Source of the DNA: an uncultured Wenzhouxiangella sp.
Lineage (GTDB): Bacteria; Pseudomonadota; Gammaproteobacteria; Xanthomonadales; Wenzhouxiangellaceae
Reading direction: 5' to 3'
DNA length: 64,000 bases
Assembly (NCBI GenBank): GCA_937876395.1
Contig: CALEIM010000127.1
Coordinates: 12,334 to 76,333, forward strand
In this document: in pieces, positions 27,771-38,418 of the stretch
Position numbering within the stretch: position 1 is the first letter of the stretch
How the letters are laid out: every line of letters begins with the position of its first letter
Position numbers and translations under genes: made by a program
Notes under the pieces: model-generated
Database searches by the model: none
Told to the model about the DNA's origin: nothing
What the model saw: only the letters and a program-made list of their open reading frames with translations

Positions 27771-29843
27771 CTATTCGTCCTTGAGGTATTCGGCCAGCCA
27801 GGCGTGCACTTCTTCCCAGAAATGGCGCGCTTCCTTGCCGTTCATGATCCAGTGGTTGGCGTCGTGAAACACCAGCAGGCGTGAGGGAACCTGCATGCGC
27901 TGCAGATAGGCCCAGGCGGCCAGGGTCTGGTTGAGCGGCACGCGGTAATCTTTCTCGCCGATGGTCAGCATCGTCGGGGTGGCAAAGTTCTCAACGTAGC
28001 TCGACGGACTCTGGTCGCGCCATACCGTGCTGTCGCCCCAGGGCGGGCCGTCGTTCATGCGTTCGCGGTGATAGATCACGTCGCTGGTCGCCCATTGACC
28101 TTCCAGATCGACCAGGCCGGCGTGGCCGACCAGCACGTCGAAGCGGTCGCTGGTGGCCAGCAGCCAGTTGACCAGATGACCGCCGTAGCTGGCGCCGCTG
28201 GCGGCCAGGCGGTCGGGATCAATGAAGTCGTAGCGGTCGATGGCTGCATCCATGGCCTCGATCAGCTCCGCGCCGGGCGTGGCCAGCGGATCGCCCTCGA
28301 TATTGCGCGAGAATTCGGCGCCGTAGCCGACCGAGCCAGTGTAGTCGGTCATCAGCACCACATAACCTGCCGAGGCGATCAGGTGCGGGCTCCAGCGCAC
28401 GTGGTCGGTATCCATCGACGAGCTGAACGGTCCGCCGTGGATGAACAGCACCAGCGGATAGCGCTGTGACTCGTCGAAGTCTGGCGGCAGGGCCAGCCAG
28501 CTATGAATTTCGCGGCCCTTGCTGGAGGTGAACCAGAATTCGCGAAACGCCGGACGGTCCAGTCCCGCCACGCGCTCGGCGTTGAACTCGCTCAGCGGCG
28601 TGTGGGTACCGTTTTGCGCATCGATACGCACCAGTTCAGCGGGCACCGACGAGCTTTCCCATACCGCCAGCAATGCGTCTGCACCGGCCTGGATTGCGCC
28701 ATAGACGCCGCGGCTGTCGGCGTCGAGCCGTCGCACTTCGCCGCCCTGGGCCGGCAGAGCAAACAGGCGAACGCGGCCGTGTTCGGCAGCGCTCAGGTAG
28801 ATGGTGTCGCCGTCGAGACTGAAATCCCAGCTATTGACCGATCGGTCAAAATCATCGGTAAGCAGCTCAAGCTCGCCAGCAATCGTATCCCCGGCCCACT
28901 CGGCCCGGGCCAGTTCGCCGTGGTTGTAGGCCCAGTCGTTGATGGGCGAATAGCGGCAGTACAGCGCGCTGCCGTCTCTGGAGAAGCGAGCGCTGCTACA
29001 GCCGAAATGCTCGCCTTCGGTTACCGCGCGGATGTTGTCACCCGACAGCGGCAAGCGGTAGAGCTGGCGTTGAACGACTGAGTGAGCTGCCTGGTGGAGA
29101 TTAATGGTGGCCGTAACGATCAGGGCGTCGCCCTCCGGCGTCCACACCGCGTTGAGGCCGCCTTCATAGCCTGGCCCGGAGACCAGCTCGCTGCCGAACA
29201 TCAGGTCACGCACTTCGGCATTGGGTCGGGCATCCTGGACGAACAGGCGCTTTTGTTTTTGACTGCGCCAGTGGTCCCAGTTGCGCACCGGAAAATAATC
29301 GTAGCGCGACGCGTTGATGCCGTCTTCCTTGTCTGCCTTGCTGCGTTCGGCGTTGGCCTCGCTGCCTTCGGCCTCGGGCCAGACCGTGCTTTCAAAGGCA
29401 ATCCGGCTGCCGTCAGGACTCCATTTGGGGTTCGATGCGCCGGCAGAAAAATCGGTGATTCGCTCTGCCTCACCGGGCCCGCTCATGTCGAGCACATAAA
29501 CTTGAGCCTGCTCGTCGTCGCCACGTTTGGCTGAAAAGGCGATCGCGCCGCCGTCGGGTCGCCAGTCCACGCCGGATTCTCCCGACCGGGTCGACGTCAG
29601 CCGGCGCGGCGCCTCAGAGCCATCGACCGCCACCAGCCACAGATCGGATACCGTCTCATCTTTCTCGTAGGACGGCTCGGTGACCGACAGCACGGCCAGC
29701 GCACCGTCCGGACTGACCACCGGTGAACCGAGACGTTTCATCTGCCACACGTCTTCGTGGGTGACCGGCCGAAGCTCCTCGGCCAGGGCCTGCGGGGCGC
29801 CAATGAGAAGGGCAAAAGTGAAAACGGCGAACTGCTTGATCAT
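27771..29843 (-). CDS. exported S9 family peptidase (dipeptidyl/acylaminoacyl peptidase)
   Basis: Signal peptide, IHGGP, GASYGG, GEKDYRVP, ANHW. Confidence 0.92.
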   Translation of the reverse strand: MIKQFAVFTFALLIGAPQALAEELRPVTHEDVWQMKRLGSPVVSPDGALAVLSVTEPSYEKDETVSDLWLVAVDGSEAPRRLTSTRSGESGVDWRPDGGAIAFSAKRGDDEQAQVYVLDMSGPGEAERITDFSAGASNPKWSPDGSRIAFESTVWPEAEGSEANAERSKADKEDGINASRYDYFPVRNWDHWRSQKQKRLFVQDARPNAEVRDLMFGSELVSGPGYEGGLNAVWTPEGDALIVTATINLHQAAHSVVQRQLYRLPLSGDNIRAVTEGEHFGCSSARFSRDGSALYCRYSPINDWAYNHGELARAEWAGDTIAGELELLTDDFDRSVNSWDFSLDGDTIYLSAAEHGRVRLFALPAQGGEVRRLDADSRGVYGAIQAGADALLAVWESSSVPAELVRIDAQNGTHTPLSEFNAERVAGLDRPAFREFWFTSSKGREIHSWLALPPDFDESQRYPLVLFIHGGPFSSSMDTDHVRWSPHLIASAGYVVLMTDYTGSVGYGAEFSRNIEGDPLATPGAELIEAMDAAIDRYDFIDPDRLAASGASYGGHLVNWLLATSDRFDVLVGHAGLVDLEGQWATSDVIYHRERMNDGPPWGDSTVWRDQSPSSYVENFATPTMLTIGEKDYRVPLNQTLAAWAYLQRMQVPSRLLVFHDANHWIMNGKEARHFWEEVHAWLAEYLKDE

Positions 29844-29926
29844 GCGCTGCTCCAAAAATATCAGACCGCCGACCATGATACCGATGTCGGCCGCCTACAA
29901 CAGGGCTGACCCCGGTCGAAGATGGA

Positions 29927-31138
29927 TCAGCGATCTTGCAGATTACCCAGGCTGGCAAGAAAGCGCTTCAGCCAGGTAAAGCGCACGTGTTCCTGCTCCA
30001 GACGTATACGCGGACCCAGGTGGTCGTCTCGCAGCGCGCGATACAGCGCCTGTTCGGCCTTGTCGAGCTGGTCGAGCTCACCACTGTAGCGGCGGTCGGC
30101 AGGCTCCTGGCCCCACAGGTCGCGATGAGCGTCCAGCGTGGTCCGATCCATCAGGAATGACCTTGCTTGCGGAAAATAGTGGCGCAGTCGGTTGAGAATG
30201 GCGAATCCGTGGGTGTCGATATCGCCCCAGTACCAGCAGTGCAGGCGGCGCAGCCAGTCGATGTCGGCCAGCCGATCCAGACCATAGCCCAGGCCGAAAA
30301 TGACAATCGCGCGCGGATGGTCGGGAAAGACCAGGCCGTTTATTTCGTTTTCGGTGATGAACATCGTGTCGACGGCCAGATCAAGGCCGTTGAACTCTGC
30401 GGCCGGAACCGACAGATCGCTGAGGCCGTGAAACCTGAGGGTCGGATCAAGCATGCGAAAGCGCAGCAGCGCCGGACGGTTTTTGAGGCCGTAACGCTGG
30501 TTGAAGCCGCGTGCTCCAATTGCCGTCGGGTCGATAGCCCCCCCAGGAAGAACGACATCCAGCAGTTCAGACAGCAGACGGCGGCGGTTTTCGATGAACT
30601 TCGTGTCCACGCCGGGGATATCGAGCTGGCGCAGAAAAATGCCGGGGCGCGGGCGCTGCTGAAAATAATGCAGGATGGCAAGCAGACGGGGCCAGTCATC
30701 CAGATGGTTCAGGGCCACAAGCGGACGGCGTACCAGCCAGCTTTGCAGAACGGGAAACTCGGCCAGCAGATCGGCGGCCAGCTCCTCGAAGCGCTGAGCC
30801 TGGCGGGTTTTACCGATCAGGCGAAGCGCATCGTCGGCGCTGGGCAAGACGATTGCGACCGGCATTCGATTGCGGCCCACGACGCGGTGGTTGATTTCTC
30901 GCCACTCGATGGCATAGCCGTGGCCACGCTGTTCGCAGGAGCCTGCCAGCAGTTCGGCAACCCAAGTGCGTACGGCGTCAAATTGATCGACAAGATCACC
31001 TGGCCGGGGTCTACCCAGGCGCAGGCGTAGCGGGAACAGTTGGCTGTCGGAATCGAGTCGGTCAGCCAACAGCCGACCCGAGTCCCAGAGCCGGCGTGTC
31101 TGGTCTATCAGGTCCTTCGGCGTGGTCCAGCGGCTCAC
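29927..31138 (-). CDS. jetD: Wadjet nuclease JetD (DUF3322 + DUF2220 Toprim)
   Basis: GTG start overlapping jetC stop; WTTP, LRQLDIPGVDTKFIE, ITENEING, YWGDIDTHGFAIL, RLEQE. Confidence 0.92.
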   Translation of the reverse strand: MSRWTTPKDLIDQTRRLWDSGRLLADRLDSDSQLFPLRLRLGRPRPGDLVDQFDAVRTWVAELLAGSCEQRGHGYAIEWREINHRVVGRNRMPVAIVLPSADDALRLIGKTRQAQRFEELAADLLAEFPVLQSWLVRRPLVALNHLDDWPRLLAILHYFQQRPRPGIFLRQLDIPGVDTKFIENRRRLLSELLDVVLPGGAIDPTAIGARGFNQRYGLKNRPALLRFRMLDPTLRFHGLSDLSVPAAEFNGLDLAVDTMFITENEINGLVFPDHPRAIVIFGLGYGLDRLADIDWLRRLHCWYWGDIDTHGFAILNRLRHYFPQARSFLMDRTTLDAHRDLWGQEPADRRYSGELDQLDKAEQALYRALRDDHLGPRIRLEQEHVRFTWLKRFLASLGNLQDR

Positions 31139-34100
31139 GATGCCGGCGTCGTACTGATTTTGCGCGCGGCTCGTTCGGCCTGGTATTCTTCGATGCTCAG
31201 GTTGCGCAGCAGGGATTGCTGGCCGTCGGGATTGTTGACAAAGCCGACGCTCGCCACGAAGGGTTCGATGATGTGAATCTTTTGCAGCGGGGTGACGATC
31301 AAAAGCTGTAGATTGAGGCGACCGAATAGCTCCAGCCCGTAGCGGGCCGATTCGTCGGAGCCGCGGCCAAAGGCTTCGTCGATGACCACGAAGCGAAACG
31401 AGCTGGAGCGCTTTTCGCCCCACTGAAGGCCGAACTGGTAGGCCAGGCTGGCGGCCAGCACGGTGTAGGCAAGCTTTTCCTTCTGGCCGCCGGACTTGCC
31501 GCCGGAATCGGCGTAATGCTCGTGCTCGCGATCGTCCTCGCGCCAGCGTTCAGATGCGGAAAATACGAACCAGTTGCGCACATCGGTGACCTTGCGTGTC
31601 CAGCGCCGGTCCAGCTCAGCCGAGCCTTCGCGGCCGCGGAACCGGCTGATGATGTCGCGCACCTGAAGAAACTTCTGTTCGGAATAGTGATCGTCTCCTG
31701 AACCGGTCGTGGTGCCCTCGGTACACGCGCGCAGTTTGCCCTGAAACTCGCGTACTTCAACATCGCTGGCCGTTTCGGCAAGCAGCCGGATATAACGCCC
31801 TTTTTCGTAATCGATCTCGTGCAGTGAGCGGTTGATGATTTCGATGCGCTCCTGAATCTGTAAGCGTTCACGGTGCAGCAGGGCCTGGAAAGCGGCGATC
31901 TCGCGAATGGTGTTTTCGTTCAGCAGCTCCTTGAAGCGCTGCTCGAAACGCGGCAGATCGTCGCTGGCCAAAGAATCGAGCAAGCGGCGGTACTCGTCGG
32001 CGGCCGCGACGCTGATATCGGCCTCAAGCGCATCTTGCGGCCAGCGGTGATGAAAGTTCTGCATACCAGTGAGGATGCGATCATTGAGCCGGCCGATAGC
32101 GCTGGCCTCGCTGTCGATACGTGCGCCCAGCCAGGCGCGGAATTCGCGCTGGCGCGCCTCGGCACCGCCGAGCTTGACGGGCTGATCGCCGAGTGCCTGT
32201 TCGCGCAAGTTCTCAAGCCGTGCGAACCAGTGCTCACGGGTATCCTTTTCAAGCTCGTCGATCAGGCCTTCGGCATCCAGCCGGTCTTCGTGCGCCTGGC
32301 GAATGCGTTCCTCGGTGGTGCTGAGCTGTTGCTGGCGTCGTTCAAGCTGCTCTTCGGTTTCCGTACTGTCCTGATCCAGAGCGTCGAGCTGGCCGCGCAG
32401 AGTTTTGAGGATGTCTGATTCCTCGCGCAGTTGCCGGTGCTCGGCCTCCAGTTCGGTAATGCGACTGGCCACTTCGGACCAGTTCAGACGCTCGAAATCT
32501 TCGAACATTTCCAGCCGGCTGGCATTGCCCAAACGCTCGCCGAGGGCTTTGAGCCCGGCCTCCAGTTCGGCAATACCGGCCGCCAATTCCTGTATGCGTT
32601 TTTCCAGCCCGCTGCGCTGATCGCTGAGCGCGCGAATCTTGTTCTCGTTGCTCCAGCCGAGCACATAGCGGGTGCGGTCGTCGATCGCGTGACGGTCGTC
32701 TTTTTCGTGGCGGATACCGCCGCTTTTGACCTGGCCGGCGTGGGTGATGGCGCGCTGCTCGCGGCGGAAGCGATCCATGTCAGCACAGCAGACGTGATCA
32801 AAGCGCCGATTCAGTTCGTGCTCCAGCCAGGCGTAGCAGCCGCTGTCGGTGCGGATCGCAAGCTTGCGGCTGAGTGCATCCGGATGGGGTCGGTCGGCGC
32901 TGGCGCTTTTGGGTTCGCGCAGGCGGTAGTAGACCAGGCGCCCGCGCAAGCGGGTGGCATCAACCCATTCGGCCACGGCCTGATAGTTCGGATCAGGAAT
33001 CAGCAGCGACAGGGCAAAGCCGTGCAACAGGCGCTCAATTGCTCCTTCCCAGTCGCGCTCGTCGGCGTGGACCTGGATCAGCTCGCCGGCGAAGGGCAGT
33101 TCGTCGGGTTCGAGCTTGAGCGCTCGACACAGCTCGCCGCGCAGGGCGAGCATGGCTGCCGGGATGTTGGAGCGGCGCGCCTTGAGCGAAGTCAGCTCGC
33201 GCTCGGTTTCACTGTGTTGGTCGCGCAGCTTTTTAAGATCCACGGACTGTTCGATGCGCTCGTCTTGCTGCCGCGCCTGAAGCGCTTCGGTGCTTTCACG
33301 CAGCGTGTGCAGGGCGGCGCGGTTGTCATGGAACAGTTCGGCTGTGCCGGCGTCGGGCAGTTTCAGTTCGTCGGCCAGCTCGCTGTAGCGTTCAGCCTGG
33401 CGTTTGCGTTCGGCCTTTTCGACCCGGCAGCGCTCGATTTCTTCGCCAATGCGTTCGAGCCGGCCGCCGCCGTTGTCGGCAATGGCCTGCCGCAGATCGT
33501 CTCGCTGCCGGCGCTGCTCGCTGCGACGGGTTTTGAGCTTCCCAACCTGTCCGGCAAGCTTTTTCTGATCCCGGTTGAGCGATTCGATGCGCTGATCGAG
33601 CAGGCTGATCTTGAGGCTGGCAAACCAGGCGCTGAGCGCCTCGCGACAGCCGCGCAGATCATCAGCCTGGGCGCTGCGCTGTGCATGCTCATCGACATTG
33701 GCGACAATGGGAGTCAACGCATCGATCTGGTCGCGAGCCTTGAGCACCGCCTCGTGGGCGCGGTTGAGGTCGTCGAAATGCCGGATCAGTTCTTCAATGC
33801 GTTTTTCGGTGGCGGCCGGCTGCAGCATGTGTTCGCGGACAAATTCGGTCAGATTGCCCACCGATTTCATGGAGACGGTCTGATTGAACAGTTCCAGGGC
33901 CTGATCATTCTTGATGCCGAGCTTGCGCCGCAAGGCCGAGCCGTAGGCTGGAAAGGCAGTGTGCAGTTCGACGTGATCAAGTGCGCGCAGGCCTCTGCGC
34001 AGATCCTTGAGGTCACTGCCGAAGCCTGAAAAATGCTCGCCGATACTCAGTGGCCGATCGGCGGTGATGTAAAACCGTTCGGGCTGACCGCGGCTGTCGG

Positions 34101-34521
34101 TGATCCAGAACACCTGAGCGAGGGTGACGTGGCGGTCAAAGCCCTCGTTGTAGAAGTGGCCGAGAATGACCGAGTAGCTGTTGTGGTCGCGAAGCGCCAC
34201 CGGCCGGACCGACAGACCGGCATCACCGCGTTCGGACTTGTAGTGGCCGAGCACATAAGAGCGCAACGAGCGTTCGCGTGCTTCGGCTCCGGCTGCCTTG
34301 TTGTAGGTGATGCGCTGGGCCGGTACCAACAGGGTGGTGACCGCATCCACCAGGGTGGACTTGCCCGAGCCGATATCGCCGGTGACCAGGCAGTTGGCGC
34401 CGTTCGGGCTGAGCTGCCAGATGTGCCGGTCAAAGGTGCCCCAGTTGAGCAGATCCAGGCGGTGCAGGCGATAGCCAGCGCGGGCATCGTCGGTGGCAAA
34501 ATCCAGGGCCAGTCCGTCCAT
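31135..34521 (-). CDS. jetC: Wadjet SMC-like ATPase JetC
   Basis: NWGTF, Walker A GDIGSGKST, long coiled coil, signature KSGGQK, Walker B VVIDEAF. Confidence 0.93.
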   Translation of the reverse strand: MDGLALDFATDDARAGYRLHRLDLLNWGTFDRHIWQLSPNGANCLVTGDIGSGKSTLVDAVTTLLVPAQRITYNKAAGAEARERSLRSYVLGHYKSERGDAGLSVRPVALRDHNSYSVILGHFYNEGFDRHVTLAQVFWITDSRGQPERFYITADRPLSIGEHFSGFGSDLKDLRRGLRALDHVELHTAFPAYGSALRRKLGIKNDQALELFNQTVSMKSVGNLTEFVREHMLQPAATEKRIEELIRHFDDLNRAHEAVLKARDQIDALTPIVANVDEHAQRSAQADDLRGCREALSAWFASLKISLLDQRIESLNRDQKKLAGQVGKLKTRRSEQRRQRDDLRQAIADNGGGRLERIGEEIERCRVEKAERKRQAERYSELADELKLPDAGTAELFHDNRAALHTLRESTEALQARQQDERIEQSVDLKKLRDQHSETERELTSLKARRSNIPAAMLALRGELCRALKLEPDELPFAGELIQVHADERDWEGAIERLLHGFALSLLIPDPNYQAVAEWVDATRLRGRLVYYRLREPKSASADRPHPDALSRKLAIRTDSGCYAWLEHELNRRFDHVCCADMDRFRREQRAITHAGQVKSGGIRHEKDDRHAIDDRTRYVLGWSNENKIRALSDQRSGLEKRIQELAAGIAELEAGLKALGERLGNASRLEMFEDFERLNWSEVASRITELEAEHRQLREESDILKTLRGQLDALDQDSTETEEQLERRQQQLSTTEERIRQAHEDRLDAEGLIDELEKDTREHWFARLENLREQALGDQPVKLGGAEARQREFRAWLGARIDSEASAIGRLNDRILTGMQNFHHRWPQDALEADISVAAADEYRRLLDSLASDDLPRFEQRFKELLNENTIREIAAFQALLHRERLQIQERIEIINRSLHEIDYEKGRYIRLLAETASDVEVREFQGKLRACTEGTTTGSGDDHYSEQKFLQVRDIISRFRGREGSAELDRRWTRKVTDVRNWFVFSASERWREDDREHEHYADSGGKSGGQKEKLAYTVLAASLAYQFGLQWGEKRSSSFRFVVIDEAFGRGSDESARYGLELFGRLNLQLLIVTPLQKIHIIEPFVASVGFVNNPDGQQSLLRNLSIEEYQAERAARKISTTPAS

Positions 34522-34528
34522 TATCAGA

Positions 34529-35110
34529 TCAGTCCTGTGACGCGTGTTCGGCGTATTCGCCGAGGCGCTGATCAAATTCGTTCAGCCACTGGGCATCGAC
34601 ATAGGCTTTCAAGATGCGGCGGACCTCAAACTGGTCGGATTGTCCTTTGAGCCGGCGCAGAAAGCCCATCTCAATGACCTTGTTGATATCCATGCCCAGC
34701 CGGTCGGCCAGTTTGGCTTCGTTGGCCGACTCGGGCAGGAACAGGCGCATCAGGTCAAAGATTTCCTCGCGTGACAGCACCAGCCGCAGCTCGCCGCCGG
34801 CGTCGTGCTCGGCGAGCTTTTTGCGCAGCAGAACCAACAGCAGACTGACCGGGTAGCTCAACTGGCGCCGCGCCATGAGCCTGGGCAGCCCGGTGCCATC
34901 CTCGTCATCCGGGCGCTGGCGCAAAAAGGCGTAGCCCTCGGATTCGTCAACGATCAACTCCAGGCCGAGCACGGCCACATGATCGGAGATTGCGGCCTGA
35001 AAATCGAGCAGGTTCTGCCAGTCTTCATGCTTTTGATCGGCATACAGCACGCCTTTGAACAGCGCGATCAGCGGCAGGGACAGGCGGGGGTCGGTTGCGG
35101 TGTCGGTCAT
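34529..35110 (-). CDS. jetB: Wadjet JetB (DUF4194)
   Basis: LGLELIVDESEGYAFLRQ, LSYPVSLLLVLLRKKL; lies between jetA and jetC. Confidence 0.9.
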   Translation of the reverse strand: MTDTATDPRLSLPLIALFKGVLYADQKHEDWQNLLDFQAAISDHVAVLGLELIVDESEGYAFLRQRPDDEDGTGLPRLMARRQLSYPVSLLLVLLRKKLAEHDAGGELRLVLSREEIFDLMRLFLPESANEAKLADRLGMDINKVIEMGFLRRLKGQSDQFEVRRILKAYVDAQWLNEFDQRLGEYAEHASQD

Positions 35111-36543
35111 CTTGAGAATAATACCAGCGGTATCTGCGCCTGGCGCTGACGGCCCGGTTCCGCGGCCCAGCTCACAGTCTGGGTTTTTCGTTCGTCAATG
35201 ATTCCACCGGTACTTTCGGCGGCGATAGCGAGGTAGGTAACCAGCTCGGCCAGACCCTGTTCAAGTGGCTGGATGTCAATCAGTTCAGCGAGGCTGATCT
35301 GATCGCGATCCTGCAAGGCCCGGCGGATGCCGCTTTCCAGTGCGCGGCGATCGACGTGTACCTGCTCGAACAGGGCCTCGGTGTCGATCAAGCGGTCGTC
35401 GGCAAGCCTTGCATCGGCCTGGATATCGGGGCGCAGCGGCGGGCTAAACAACGGACGGTCCATCACCAGATCGATTTCAGGGATGGGCATGTCCAGGCTC
35501 ATCTTGAGCTGGCGCGGCGCTTCGTCGCGCACCGCAACACCTTTGCGCTCCAGGTCACGGATCAGTTCCATGATGCGCCGGTTTTCCAGCCACACCTGAT
35601 CATCGAGAAAACGGCGTAACTGTTCGGACAGCCGGGCGACGGTGCGCTGGGTGACTTCGCCGGCCTCAAGCCAGTCGAAGTGAATCCGTTTGAGGCGGCG
35701 GTCGGGTTTGAGTTCCAGCACTGCGTCGAGCGCGAAAGTTTTCTCCAGCAGCTCGCTGAGCTCATCCTGGCGCGTCGAGGACATCAAGAAATCCCAGAAG
35801 GCGCCAAAGCTGCGGCCCTGATCGGAGTCGGCGATGGTGTCGTGTTCACCAAAAACCTCTTCGAGCACCTCGCCCTTGCCGCCTTCGAACCAGGTGATGC
35901 GCTCACGTACCTGACGATCAAGCTGGCGGAAATTGTGCTCGACTTGACGGAAATCGGCCAGCAGGGTGCGCGCCGTATCGGTCATTTGCAAAAAGCGTTC
36001 CCGGAGGCGAGTGTCGTCCATCAGCGCCAGATCGCCGTCGGTGATCCGGGCGATTTCCGCGTCGATGGCGGCTCGCCGTTCCTCCAGCTCGGCAATTCTT
36101 GCGGCCGGATCGGTTTCCGTACCGCTGACGATCTGGCGCAGCAGATCGAAAATCGTCATCAGGCGGGATTCTGCGCCAATGAACTGTGGCTGCTCCAGGG
36201 CAACCACCCAGTGGATGGCACTTTCGGCCGCCGGGGTCAGATCGTAATGGGCTTCGTCGCCGTCGGTGCTGTAGTAGCGACGCAGCCAGGCGCGCTGGTC
36301 GTCAGCCCAATCCTTGAGATAGGCCAGAGCCGGGCGCGGGAAGCGCTCGTCTCCATGCACTTCGCGGATCCCGGCCAGGTGGTCATCGAGCTGGCTGATG
36401 AGCTCACTCTCAGTGATCGCGCGAACGTTCGGCTCGATAAAGCAGCGGTGCAGGAAGCTGACCAGCATGGGCGCGTGATCGGCCAGCAGCAGTCGCCAGC
36501 CGCCGTGGGCTTCGCGCAGATTGCTCAGGTTGTCGAAGTCCAT
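35107..36543 (-). CDS. jetA: Wadjet kleisin JetA (DUF3375)
   Basis: WRLL-x-ADHAP, ESRL, DFRQVE-x-NFR, SDQGRSF-x-AFWDFL, QGLAELVTYL. Confidence 0.9.
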   Translation of the reverse strand: MDFDNLSNLREAHGGWRLLLADHAPMLVSFLHRCFIEPNVRAITESELISQLDDHLAGIREVHGDERFPRPALAYLKDWADDQRAWLRRYYSTDGDEAHYDLTPAAESAIHWVVALEQPQFIGAESRLMTIFDLLRQIVSGTETDPAARIAELEERRAAIDAEIARITDGDLALMDDTRLRERFLQMTDTARTLLADFRQVEHNFRQLDRQVRERITWFEGGKGEVLEEVFGEHDTIADSDQGRSFGAFWDFLMSSTRQDELSELLEKTFALDAVLELKPDRRLKRIHFDWLEAGEVTQRTVARLSEQLRRFLDDQVWLENRRIMELIRDLERKGVAVRDEAPRQLKMSLDMPIPEIDLVMDRPLFSPPLRPDIQADARLADDRLIDTEALFEQVHVDRRALESGIRRALQDRDQISLAELIDIQPLEQGLAELVTYLAIAAESTGGIIDERKTQTVSWAAEPGRQRQAQIPLVLFSR

Positions 36544-36677
36544 GGAGCGGATTCTACCCGTCCGCAGGCCAGCCGCGACGCAATCCGGCTGAAGTGCGGG
36601 TCGGAATATGGACCCGTCGGGACCGCCGGGTCATGGCTGTGGAAGCCAGCGAGTGCGGCGCGGGCGCCGCATCAGCT

Positions 36678-37079
36678 TCAGGGTTTTTTGAGTTCGTCGC
36701 GGATTTCGCGCAGCACCACCAGCTCATCGCTGGGCGGGGCCGGTTCTTCCGGCTTGGCTGCTTCCTTGCGCTTGAGGCTGTTGATGACCTTCACCGCCAC
36801 GAAGATTGCCAGGGCAATGATCAGAAAATCGACCAGGTTCTGGAAGAATGCCCCATAGGAGAGCGTGACCGCTTCGGCCTCATCGCTGGCCTGCTTGAGC
36901 ACCACGGCCAGGTCGGAAAAGTCGACCCCGCCAATGGCGATGCCGATGGGCGGCATGATGATGTCATTGACCAGCGATTGCACGACCCGGCCAAAGGCGG
37001 CGCCAATGATAATACCGACAGCCATATCGACCATATTGCCCTTCACGGCAAACTCACGAAACTCCTGCAGCATCTTCAT
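36678..37079 (-). CDS. mscL: large-conductance mechanosensitive channel
   Basis: [25 protein letters not shown]...[17 protein letters not shown]. Confidence 0.97.
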   Translation of the reverse strand: MKMLQEFREFAVKGNMVDMAVGIIIGAAFGRVVQSLVNDIIMPPIGIAIGGVDFSDLAVVLKQASDEAEAVTLSYGAFFQNLVDFLIIALAIFVAVKVINSLKRKEAAKPEEPAPPSDELVVLREIRDELKKP

Positions 37080-37235
37080 TGAATACCCTCCTGATGAACG
37101 TAGATGAACATCCGCAGCTCCGTTAGTCTGGCCCGCGGACTTTTGAAGTATATACGCAGACGGGCTGACCACTGTTTTACTGTGCGTCGAAAATGGTATC
37201 GTCCGCTCTTGAACCCGGCAACAGGAGTGCGAAAC

Positions 37236-37454
37236 ATGGAACGCGAGGAACTGGTCAATGCATTGTTCAAGGAAGTTGATACCAATGGGGATGGCGTGCT
37301 CTCGCGCGGCGAGTTCATTGAACTGGTGCGCTGCCTGACCGGTGAACACGGCATGGGCGTGAGCGCGAAGATTTTTGACCAGTTCGACACGAATCAGGAT
37401 GGCGTCATCTCGCGCGACGAAGCGCTGGAAATGGTCATCCAGTACGCGCTTTGA
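37236..37454 (+). CDS. small two-EF-hand calcium-binding protein
   Basis: CAGGAG RBS; canonical loops [12 protein letters not shown] and [12 protein letters not shown]. Confidence 0.88.
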   Translation: MEREELVNALFKEVDTNGDGVLSRGEFIELVRCLTGEHGMGVSAKIFDQFDTNQDGVISRDEALEMVIQYAL

Positions 37455-37489
37455 GCTGCTGGCCGGCCGGCAGTTGAGCGACTGATTCG

Positions 37490-38347
37490 ATGGAAGTGCT
37501 GTTTGCCGCTGCCCTGGCCGGTGTGGCCTGGTGGGCCTTCAGACGCTGGCGCATCCGGCAGCGCCGGCGGATTGCCGCTGAACCGCTGCCGCCGGGCTGG
37601 CGCCGAATACTGGAAGACCGCCTGCCGCTTTATCACGGCCTGCCCGATGAGCTGCGCAAGCAGTTGCACGGGCATATCCAGCTTTTTTTGCACGACAAGC
37701 GTTTTTACGGCTTTCAGGGTCTGGAAATCACTGAGGAAATGCGCCTGATCATTGCCGGCACCGCCTGTCTTTTGTTGCTCAACCGGCCCCATGATCATTT
37801 TGGTGGCTTCAGTTCGATCTACGTCTACCCTGGAACTTTCGTCTCCGAGCAGCGCCACCATGACGGGCTGCTGGAGTCACGTGGCGAACAGGCCCGCCTG
37901 GGCGAATCCTGGCACCGCGGCCCGTTGGTGCTGGCCTGGGACGCCGTTGAAAAAGGGGTTGGCGACATGAGCGACGGGCGCAACGTGGTGTTGCATGAGT
38001 TCGCCCACAAGCTTGACGGTGCCGACGGCGCAGTTGACGGCGCGCCGATACTGCCCGATGCCTCGCAATACGCCGGCTGGGCACGGCTGATGCAGCGCGA
38101 GTACCAACAGCTCCAGCACGAGGTAGCGCACGGTACGAGTAGCCTGATCGACCACTACGGCGCCACCGCACCGGCCGAGTTTTTCGCCGTGCTCGTCGAG
38201 CTGTTCTACGAAAAGCCCGATGCGCTGCAGAACCGGCACCCGGAGCTTTACGCCAAGCTGGTCCGTGCCTTCCGCGTCGATCCGGCGGATTGGCACGCCC
38301 GTCTGGCAGAAAAACAGGGGCTCGAACAGCCACCGCCCGGTCGCTGA
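37490..38347 (+). CDS. mtfA: MtfA-like zinc peptidase (M90)
   Basis: N-terminal [26 protein letters not shown]-x-PAEFFAV. Confidence 0.85.
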   Translation: MEVLFAAALAGVAWWAFRRWRIRQRRRIAAEPLPPGWRRILEDRLPLYHGLPDELRKQLHGHIQLFLHDKRFYGFQGLEITEEMRLIIAGTACLLLLNRPHDHFGGFSSIYVYPGTFVSEQRHHDGLLESRGEQARLGESWHRGPLVLAWDAVEKGVGDMSDGRNVVLHEFAHKLDGADGAVDGAPILPDASQYAGWARLMQREYQQLQHEVAHGTSSLIDHYGATAPAEFFAVLVELFYEKPDALQNRHPELYAKLVRAFRVDPADWHARLAEKQGLEQPPPGR

Positions 38348-38418
38348 CGCGCAGCCCGACCGGCTTGATTACCATTGCGATCGGCTAGAATGGCGGGCCG
38401 CCCGCTCAACTGTGAATC

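Noticed and set aside
21307..34029. Long antisense ORFs (for example 21307-22767, 31873-32418, 32431-34029)
   Set aside because: Shadow frames of real genes, expected in high-GC DNA; no motifs
24727..36543. Genomic island integrated at tRNA-Ala carrying Wadjet
   Set aside because: No integrase, no duplicated tRNA 3' end found by eye, and intervening genes look like host metabolism
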